From positions 1 to 30,285 of the IMG/VR virus record IMGVR_UViG_3300032303_000212: 30,285 nt of DNA, one strand, 5' to 3'. This document shows, piece by piece, positions 1-5,568 of the stretch; position 1 is the first letter of the stretch; each line of letters starts with the position of its first letter. This DNA comes from a virus. Lineage: Duplodnaviria; Caudoviricetes. A model generated the notes under the pieces. It ran no database searches and was not told the origin of the DNA. It worked only from the letters and a program-made list of their open reading frames with translations. Position numbers and translations under genes: made by a program.

Positions 1-86
1 ACTACCAAGAGTCCGATTCTTGTTAAGACGCATCAGCTTTGTGTTCTAGACCACGCTGCCTAACTTCGTCATAATATGTTTTTATA

Positions 87-160
87 TGGTGCTCCTTACT
101 GGTAACGATCCAGTGTCTATACATTACCAATGTATTATAATACCTTTATACTAAAAGAGC
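87..160 (-). tRNA. tRNA-Thr(GGT), encoded CCA, non-canonical T-loop
   Basis: Reverse complement folds as GCTCTTT/AAGGAGC acceptor, ATACA-TTGGTAA-TGTAT anticodon arm, ACTGG-ATCGTTA-CCAGT T-arm, ending A-CCA. Confidence 0.9.
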
Positions 161-169
161 AAGAGTGAG

Positions 170-844
170 TTATTTTTCTATTATGATACAACTTTGTATG
201 CACCCTAGAGCATTCTTTGGTGCAGATACTAATGTATGCTTATATGACTGTAACATGGTAGACAGATACTCTTTTTTAAAGAAAAGTAAAAGCCATGATT
301 TACTTTCAGCAATTTTACTTAATTCGTTATTATTGAGATATGCATAATCATTTGTTTTGATTATGTCACAATATCCCATATCTTTAATTCTTTTGTTATA
401 AAAGAAATTAGTTGTGATAGTGTCATCTACGTCTAGCCAAGTTAACAACATTTTCCCAGAAGGCTTTAATTTACTATAAAGCCATTCGATTGTTTCAACC
501 ATATCTTCAACAGAAGTATGTGTTAATACACTATAACTGATTATAGTATCATACTGATTATGAACTAAGGTTGGTCTGTTGCCGTATATACCCTGTGGGT
601 TATATACATGATTAAATCCATTATATAATATAAAGGTTGCATCTGGAAATAATTTTTTCCCCTCACTTATAGCGGTCTCATCAATATCTATTCCGGTATA
701 GTTTTTTTCTGGAAAAACATTATTACTACTATCCAAAAATGTTCCGTAATTTGATCCATAATCTAATACGGTCCCATTTAAAATTTCAGGATGTAATGTT
801 TTAAAATAGTTAAAAGTATTTTTATGATAATTAATTTTTGGCAT
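170..844 (-). CDS. Class I SAM-dependent methyltransferase
   Basis: 224 aa; motif I VLDYGSNYG, acidic motif YTGIDID, YDTIISYSVLTH, LKPSGKML; TAAATA element 4 nt upstream of the ATG. Confidence 0.85.
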   Translation of the reverse strand: MPKINYHKNTFNYFKTLHPEILNGTVLDYGSNYGTFLDSSNNVFPEKNYTGIDIDETAISEGKKLFPDATFILYNGFNHVYNPQGIYGNRPTLVHNQYDTIISYSVLTHTSVEDMVETIEWLYSKLKPSGKMLLTWLDVDDTITTNFFYNKRIKDMGYCDIIKTNDYAYLNNNELSKIAESKSWLLLFFKKEYLSTMLQSYKHTLVSAPKNALGCIQSCIIIEK

Positions 845-865
845 AGAGTATTTAACAAAATAAAT

Positions 866-942
866 TGGTGCGACCGGAGAGATTCGAACTCCCGACTCCT
901 AAGTTCGTAGCCTAGTACTCTATCCAACTGAGTTACGGTCGC
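866..942 (-). tRNA. tRNA-Arg(ACG), encoded CCA
   Basis: GCGACCG/CGGTCGC acceptor, ACTC/GAGT D-stem, CTAGG-CTACGAA-CTTAG anticodon arm, canonical TTCGAAT T-loop, A-CCA. Confidence 0.97.
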
Positions 943-952
943 ATAATAAAAC

Positions 953-1010
953 AGGATAGCATTTTTTTTCATAAACGTTGAAAGTTTTTTTGATTTGCTG
1001 TTGCTATCCT
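953..1010 (-). ncRNA. Putative small stem-closed RNA between tRNA-Asn and tRNA-Arg
   Basis: Perfect 9-bp terminal stem AGGATAGCA/TGCTATCCT enclosing ACAGCAAATC and A-tracts; fills the inter-tRNA spacer. Confidence 0.45.
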
Positions 1011-1015
1011 AAAAC

Positions 1016-1094
1016 TGGCTCCGTATCTGGGTAACGATCCCAGCTAGTCATTGATTAACAGTCAAGTCCGTGCACCATGCTCGGATTCTACGGA
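1016..1094 (-). tRNA. tRNA-Asn(GTT), encoded CCA, non-canonical T-loop
   Basis: TCCGTA/TACGGA acceptor (G7.A66 mismatch), TCCG/CGGA D-stem, TTGA-CTGTTAA-TCAA anticodon arm, CTGGG-ATCGTTA-CCCAG T-arm, G-CCA. Confidence 0.88.
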
Positions 1095-1103
1095 ATAAAT
1101 TAC

Positions 1104-1218
1104 TGGAGATGTTATGAGGGCTCTTACCCCATCGTTGTTTGTATAGGTTGCGCAGCCTATACGTCCCGGACACATTTCCTGACCCGGCGATGCTTACTTT
1201 GTGGCTCTTGCTTTCCAC
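1104..1218 (-). ncRNA. Putative structured RNA of unknown class
   Basis: GC-rich spacer with hairpins GTGG/CCAC, CCGGG/TCCGG, GTATAGG/CCTATAC, a CATCG/CGATG closing stem, a T-arm-sized hairpin and a 3' CCA. Confidence 0.5.
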
Positions 1219-1225
1219 TTGATTT

Positions 1226-1299
1226 TGGCAGGGGCACTAGGGATTGAACCTAGGCTAACAGAGTCAAAGTCTGTTGTGCTACCATTACACAATGCCCCA
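1226..1299 (-). tRNA. tRNA-Gln(TTG), encoded CCA
   Basis: GGGGCA/TGCCCC acceptor (U1.U72 unpaired), ACAGA-CTTTGAC-TCTGT anticodon arm, CTAGG-TTCAATC-CCTAG T-arm, G-CCA. Confidence 0.95.
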
Positions 1300-1305
1300 A
1301 TAAAT

Positions 1306-1533
1306 TTGTAACGCACTATTTCTAATGCGTGTATTAAAGCACTCTACATGGGTACGTACCCACTTGTCACCTTTCGGCTAGAGAATGCTTTAATACGCTT
1401 AGATTTTTTACACTACAACTAGTGCTTCATCCCTAAGGCCGCCCGTTCGTCCATGTTTAAAGTGCAGACTAGGTCCTCGTTACCTATACACACTGTCTCT
1501 CCACTACGCAACTTTATAGCTGCTTCTTAATTA
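1306..1533 (-). ncRNA. Putative ~230-nt structured RNA heading the tRNA array
   Basis: Starts at the predicted TSS of the 1540-1568 promoter; 11-bp stem GTATTAAAGCA/TGCTTTAATAC, two GAAA-tetraloop hairpins on the minus strand, further hairpins; no ORF in the track. Confidence 0.6.
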
Positions 1534-1539
1534 ACCCTT

Positions 1540-1568
1540 AGTATAACAGAGTATCCATTTACTGTCAA
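1540..1568 (-). promoter_or_regulatory. Sigma70-type promoter for the ncRNA/tRNA array
   Basis: TTGACA-17 nt-TATACT with extended -10 TG on the minus strand. Confidence 0.88.
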
Positions 1569-1577
1569 ACTTTGTTA

Positions 1578-1595
1578 TGTTGTTTTTATACAACA
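1578..1595. promoter_or_regulatory. Palindromic operator-like site upstream of the -35 box
   Basis: TGTTGT-N6-ACAACA inverted repeat 9 bp upstream of TTGACA. Confidence 0.45.
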
Positions 1596-1596
1596 C

Positions 1597-1637
1597 AAAA
1601 GCAGAAACCCCTGAGACTTTTTAGTTTCCCAGGGGTT
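1597..1637 (-). terminator. Intrinsic terminator (attenuator-type)
   Basis: 11-bp stem AACCCCTGGGA/TCTCAGGGGTT (one G-U), 10-nt loop, followed by TCTGCTTTT. Confidence 0.75.
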
Positions 1638-1663
1638 GAATAAATTTGTTATGATGTAACTTG

Positions 1664-1798
1664 TTATTCCGTTCCCCGGGCACCTCTTTGGTTATCATTG
1701 CCGCGAATACTTGTAGGATATGATGCCGCAAAGGTCGCTAAGGCCTCTATAGACCATAGCCCCGTATGTTTCGGCATGTAACAAGTTTTATTCATCAT
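1664..1798 (-). CDS. Putative leader (attenuator) peptide, 44 aa, MMNKTCYMPKHTGLWSIEALATFAASYPTSIRGNDNQRGARGTE
   Basis: ATG..TAA ORF below the ORF-track cutoff, downstream of a sigma70 promoter and a CTAAATA element; its last codons can pair with the terminator 5' arm; Shine-Dalgarno is weak (AGGA 14 nt upstream). Confidence 0.65.
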   Translation of the reverse strand: MMNKTCYMPKHTGLWSIEALATFAASYPTSIRGNDNQRGARGTE

Positions 1799-1865
1799 AG
1801 TATTCTATTTAGTCCTGATTAAAAATAACAGCAAATAACATAGTGTTTTTACTGTTTATGCATGT

Positions 1866-1894
1866 ATTGTATAGCATCGTCCTATTAAAGTCAA
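1866..1894 (-). promoter_or_regulatory. Sigma70-type promoter upstream of the leader ORF
   Basis: TTGACT-17 nt-TACAAT on the minus strand in an intergenic gap. Confidence 0.8.
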
Positions 1895-1910
1895 CAGTCA
1901 GATTACCCAT

Positions 1911-2477
1911 TTATTTGGTTCCTATAATCATATATCTTGTAAAATCCCAGTCAACATAATCATCGTTTCCTGGCACAGCATAATCAAATTTTATACTACC
2001 TTCATATTCAATACTAGATAAAGGATAATTTTGTTTAAAACTATCCAATGATTCACTATGCACAAAATGATCATCATGTAACATATTGTTACCCTGAAGT
2101 ATCATTCTAGTTCCTGCAGGAATATTATGAAACCAATCCGTCGACAGAAAATGTTCAGTAGAAGTGTTAATAATCAAATCACAATAGCCTTCAACTATGT
2201 TACTACAATCGCTAGTATGTGCGTTAAATTTACGTTGTATTACCCAATTGTCGTTAATCATTCTTGCAACTGATTCACATTCTGGATCAATGTCAAAACT
2301 TTCAATATTATTAACTTTAAATTTTCCGCGACTGAATAATAAAAAAGCGGTCATAGCGTACCACCCGCCATAAATGTGAGTAGTATCACTAGACCACTGT
2401 AAATTCTCTAATTCTTCACATAGCCAGATTTTACTAGTGATCTGACCGTGTGAGAATGAATCTTTGTTTACTTCCAT
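1911..2477 (-). CDS. Putative SAM-dependent methyltransferase (phage type)
   Basis: 188 aa; IYGGWY Gly-loop, IESFDIDP acidic motif, DLIINTSTEH motif consistent with a Rossmann methyltransferase fold. Confidence 0.65.
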   Translation of the reverse strand: MEVNKDSFSHGQITSKIWLCEELENLQWSSDTTHIYGGWYAMTAFLLFSRGKFKVNNIESFDIDPECESVARMINDNWVIQRKFNAHTSDCSNIVEGYCDLIINTSTEHFLSTDWFHNIPAGTRMILQGNNMLHDDHFVHSESLDSFKQNYPLSSIEYEGSIKFDYAVPGNDDYVDWDFTRYMIIGTK

Positions 2478-2488
2478 TGTAAAATGGT

Positions 2489-2623
2489 TTAGAGTGCCAT
2501 TTCCTCATAATCTTCCTTACCACATCCGCACTCAGGACAAACATGGTCATCGGGAAGTTGTTCCCATTTACCTTCAATTGATTCATCGTGGACATGTCCA
2601 CATATTACACAAACGTGTTCCAT
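2489..2623 (-). CDS. Rubredoxin (short form), 44 aa
   Basis: Not in the ORF track: MEHVCVICGHVHDESIEGKWEQLPDDHVCPECGCGKEDYEEMAL; two CxxCG motifs and WxxLPDD; start overlaps the rubrerythrin stop (TAATG). Confidence 0.92.
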   Translation of the reverse strand: MEHVCVICGHVHDESIEGKWEQLPDDHVCPECGCGKEDYEEMAL

Positions 2624-3072
2624 TATAGTGTCTCCAATTTTTGTTGATATGCTGCTGCGTGACGTTGTTCAACTTTAGCTAAGGCAGCAAATCGTTTTCC
2701 AGCTTTATTCAATAGTTCTTTGAATTGTTCCGCGTGTTCTTTTGATTCTTGTATTTGCATATTAGCTTCGTTAGCAAAAACTAAATCACCTTCAAATTCA
2801 GCAGTTTCTTTAAAGTCTGGGTACATGATTTCAAATTCATATGTTTCCCCTTTAATTGCCATTTCTAAACATTCTTTAGTCGTAGGTTTCTTAATCATTA
2901 ACTCTAAGTGACCCCATGCATGTAGAATCTCTTGGTCTGCGGTGTGTTCAAAATGTTTTGCTATTTCTTCATGACCTTCTTCTCGGGCAATTCTAGCAAA
3001 ATAACGATATTTGGTATGTGCTTGTGACTCACCTGCAAAAGCGTCTGCTAAGTTTTCCATTGTTTGTGACAT
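2623..3072 (-). CDS. Rubrerythrin-family diiron protein (no fused rubredoxin domain)
   Basis: NLADAFAGESQAHTKYRYFA, EILHA, AIKGETYE, ESKEHA diiron motifs; AAGGAG RBS. Confidence 0.92.
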   Translation of the reverse strand: MSQTMENLADAFAGESQAHTKYRYFARIAREEGHEEIAKHFEHTADQEILHAWGHLELMIKKPTTKECLEMAIKGETYEFEIMYPDFKETAEFEGDLVFANEANMQIQESKEHAEQFKELLNKAGKRFAALAKVEQRHAAAYQQKLETL

Positions 3073-3096
3073 AATTACTCCTTGTGTGTCTAAAAT

Positions 3097-3104
3097 TATT
3101 TATC
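3097..3104 (-). promoter_or_regulatory. Late-promoter-like GATAAATA element
   Basis: Same octamer recurs upstream of genes at 14649-14656 and 27100-27107; resembles T4 late TATAAATA. Confidence 0.6.
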
Positions 3105-3119
3105 TAGTCACAAGTGGCA

Positions 3120-3641
3120 TCACTCTTTTTCTGAGTCAAGAACACCAATAAAATGCAATCTGCTTTCTTCAGAACAATTCATAAAAGTATGTAGTTCTGT
3201 TGTTTTTACTTTATAAACTTTACCAGCCGGCATATGCTCAATCAACCCCTGTTTAAACACAAAAAAACATTGCGGATTGGTAATTAATGGAATATGTAGC
3301 CTAGGGGTAGTATCTCTATGCATAGAATAACAAGACATTGGATTAACCCACAACAATCTTGCTCGTTTTACGTTATACTGATTGATTAATTCTTCAAAAA
3401 TAGTATCTTTAAAAAATGGATTTATTTCAGTATATGTTAACTCTTGTCCTTTACTAACTCCAACTGCGCTAGTCCAGGGGTCTTCGCCAAATTTATATTG
3501 AAGTCCTACTTGACGACCCTTTGTGCCACCTTGAAACCATTGAATATTTTCTTCTAATTTAAAATAAGATTTTAATATTGGTTTTGTATCTATATCACAC
3601 AAAGTACGCATTAGTGTCATCTTATTGAATAAATTAATCAC
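3120..3641 (-). CDS. 2OG-Fe(II) oxygenase, aspartyl/asparaginyl beta-hydroxylase-like
   Basis: YSMHRD (HxD), RLHIPLITNP, HTFMN..ESRLH motifs; true start may be the ATG at 3620 or 3611. Confidence 0.75.
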   Translation of the reverse strand: MINLFNKMTLMRTLCDIDTKPILKSYFKLEENIQWFQGGTKGRQVGLQYKFGEDPWTSAVGVSKGQELTYTEINPFFKDTIFEELINQYNVKRARLLWVNPMSCYSMHRDTTPRLHIPLITNPQCFFVFKQGLIEHMPAGKVYKVKTTELHTFMNCSEESRLHFIGVLDSEKE

Positions 3642-3905
3642 TTAATCATCTTCCCATTTAGAAGTTTGATTAAATCTTTGTTCTTGTATGGATTTTTCAC
3701 CAAACACTTTTTCACTATGGCATATTAAACATTTTGGATTACCGCAATCTAGTGCGTGATGTTTTGATAGTCTATGTGGTTCTCTGATGAATTTATTATG
3801 ACCCATATGACCCATTTCTTTAACAATTTTTAATTGTTTATTGATGGCATTATCATCCTTAAGCAATCTTCTACTATGCTTAAGTTTATCAGCTTCGGTG
3901 CTCAT
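3642..3905 (-). CDS. Hypothetical protein with Cys/His cluster
   Basis: 87 aa, HHALDCGNPKCLICH possible metal site; packed between neighbours. Confidence 0.7.
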   Translation of the reverse strand: MSTEADKLKHSRRLLKDDNAINKQLKIVKEMGHMGHNKFIREPHRLSKHHALDCGNPKCLICHSEKVFGEKSIQEQRFNQTSKWEDD

Positions 3906-3906
3906 A

Positions 3907-4287
3907 CTAGTGCTTCTTTCTGTAATCTTCTACTGCGGCTTTGATGGCGTCTTCGGCGAGGATGGAGCAGTGTATTTTAACTGGGGGGAGGGCGAGGTGT
4001 TCGGCGATGGTAGAGTTCTTGAGGGTTGCAGCTTCATCCAATGTTTTACCCTTGACCCACTCTGTGACAAGACTTGAAGAAGCAATTGCCGACCCGCACC
4101 CGTATGTCTTAAATTTGGCATCTGATATTATTCCTGTTATTGGGTCTACTTTGATTTGCAGTTTCATTACGTCACCGCATGCTGGGGCACCGACCATTCC
4201 TGTACCTACATCAATGTCATCTTTACTAAAATTGCCCACATTGCGGGGGTTTTCGTAATGATCAATAACTTGCTGTGAATATGACAT
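3907..4287 (-). CDS. iscU: Fe-S cluster assembly scaffold IscU
   Basis: YSQQVIDHYENPRNVG, APACGDVM, FKTYGCGSAIASSS, LPPVKIHC (HscA-binding motif); three conserved Cys. Confidence 0.97.
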   Translation of the reverse strand: MSYSQQVIDHYENPRNVGNFSKDDIDVGTGMVGAPACGDVMKLQIKVDPITGIISDAKFKTYGCGSAIASSSLVTEWVKGKTLDEAATLKNSTIAEHLALPPVKIHCSILAEDAIKAAVEDYRKKH

Positions 4288-4409
4288 TATTTAGCCTCTT
4301 TGGTAAACATTGCTAAAACTTTTGCTTGAATGTTTTTAGCAAATTGTGGTTGTGGGAAGTTCCATCCAACGAATGCACCTAAAAATAAATATAACAAAGT
4401 TTCTAACAT
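4287..4409 (-). CDS. Small membrane protein, 40 aa
   Basis: Not in the ORF track: MLETLLYLFLGAFVGWNFPQPQFAKNIQAKVLAMFTKEAK; AGGAGA RBS, CTAAATA upstream, TAATG overlap with iscU. Confidence 0.75.
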   Translation of the reverse strand: MLETLLYLFLGAFVGWNFPQPQFAKNIQAKVLAMFTKEAK

Positions 4410-4430
4410 AATATATCTCCTGTATTGTAT

Positions 4431-4994
4431 TTAGTCGGTATAATTATCTTCTAGTACAATCCAACCCAATTTAAGTAAATCTTCACGGATTTCGTCAGTA
4501 ACTATACTTTCACTAACATATGCTTTAGTTTCAAAAATCTCTCGTCTTTGGTGATCATCCATATTCTGAAATACTTCTTCATCTATTGGTTCATCACTCT
4601 GTATACCAGTACAGTACCAATCCATATAGTCACCTTGTTCACGCATGTCAGCAACAATTGCCCCAGCATGTCTCCAACTACAACCCCATTTTTTACCAGT
4701 TAGTATAGGCCATACATCATTTCTTTGAAACTCATTATTACAAATTGCTGCGTATAGGTGTTGAGCATATACATTATCACTTTTAGCTTTCTCTATGATC
4801 CACTCAGTAGAACGCAAGTCATACTCTAAATTATCTTTGCGCCACTCTGGGTCTTGTGACCTTAATTTATCCTGAATATCATAATCCTCGTAATGCTGTA
4901 TGCTATCAATAGCATCTTGATTCAATGGATCTTCTGCTAAAGTTTCTCTATACATTTTAGTACGAAACTCATGTCTTGTTGGGCTTCTGTTCAT
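4431..4994 (-). CDS. Hypothetical phage protein
   Basis: 187 aa acidic ORF filling the gap; YAAICNNEF and SWRHAG..VADMR..GDYMDWYC motifs, no function recognised. Confidence 0.75.
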   Translation of the reverse strand: MNRSPTRHEFRTKMYRETLAEDPLNQDAIDSIQHYEDYDIQDKLRSQDPEWRKDNLEYDLRSTEWIIEKAKSDNVYAQHLYAAICNNEFQRNDVWPILTGKKWGCSWRHAGAIVADMREQGDYMDWYCTGIQSDEPIDEEVFQNMDDHQRREIFETKAYVSESIVTDEIREDLLKLGWIVLEDNYTD

Positions 4995-5511
4995 TCTTCA
5001 CCTTCTGCTTACTATAGAAAATGTGATTGCCAATTATTGCTACTTGTTTATAAGGCCACAATGGATCAATGTGTATTGAATGAAAGAACAATGCTGATTT
5101 AGGGACAACATTCTTATACATATCAAAAACCATTACATCATACGCAACTTGTAATGCTCGTTTATATTTTGGATTTGATTTACTTGGATCAGTTTTGTCT
5201 GCACAAACCCAACTAAACTGACATACTACATTTTCGTTAATTAATGTTTTTTGGTAGATAACTTTGCAAGGTGTTTCAGCAAACCCATGATTAACACGAT
5301 TCAACACTACTCTTGCAACTGCGGCTTGTCCGGGCATTGCTTCTGCCCCTGCTTCATAATAAATATTTCTTGCCATACATGCTATTTGCTTCATATCAAT
5401 TTTCTTTAAAATAGGTAAATCAATAGCAATTTGTGTAGGCGAAGGAATAGCCATGATTGTTAAAAACAGCATGGTCATTATTATTAACTTATTTTTTAAT
5501 GATAATAACAT
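4969..5511 (-). CDS. Cell wall hydrolase, SleB/CwlJ (Hydrolase_2) family with N-terminal hydrophobic segment
   Basis: CMARNIYYEA (catalytic Glu), AVARVVLNRV, CQFSW, IGNHIFY. Confidence 0.92.
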   Translation of the reverse strand: MLLSLKNKLIIMTMLFLTIMAIPSPTQIAIDLPILKKIDMKQIACMARNIYYEAGAEAMPGQAAVARVVLNRVNHGFAETPCKVIYQKTLINENVVCQFSWVCADKTDPSKSNPKYKRALQVAYDVMVFDMYKNVVPKSALFFHSIHIDPLWPYKQVAIIGNHIFYSKQKVKNEQKPNKT

Positions 5512-5522
5512 AATTTCCTTTC

Positions 5523-5568
5523 ACTGTAGTATACTACAGTTTTGTTGATTAACCAAATCTTTTGGTTA
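5523..5568 (-). promoter_or_regulatory. Candidate promoter of the hydrolase overlaid by two palindromes, one matching a LexA box
   Basis: TTGGTT-17-TATACT; perfect 18-bp palindrome ACTGTAGTATACTACAGT (5523-5540) and TAACCAAA-N3-TTTGGTTA (5550-5568). Confidence 0.55.

Noticed and set aside
778-972. 64-aa minus-strand ORF
   Set aside because: Overlaps the well-formed tRNA-Arg; spurious.
1398-1437. Hammerhead ribozyme (GATGA...hairpin...AAA)
   Set aside because: Lacks the CUGANGA and GAAA core in the required positions.
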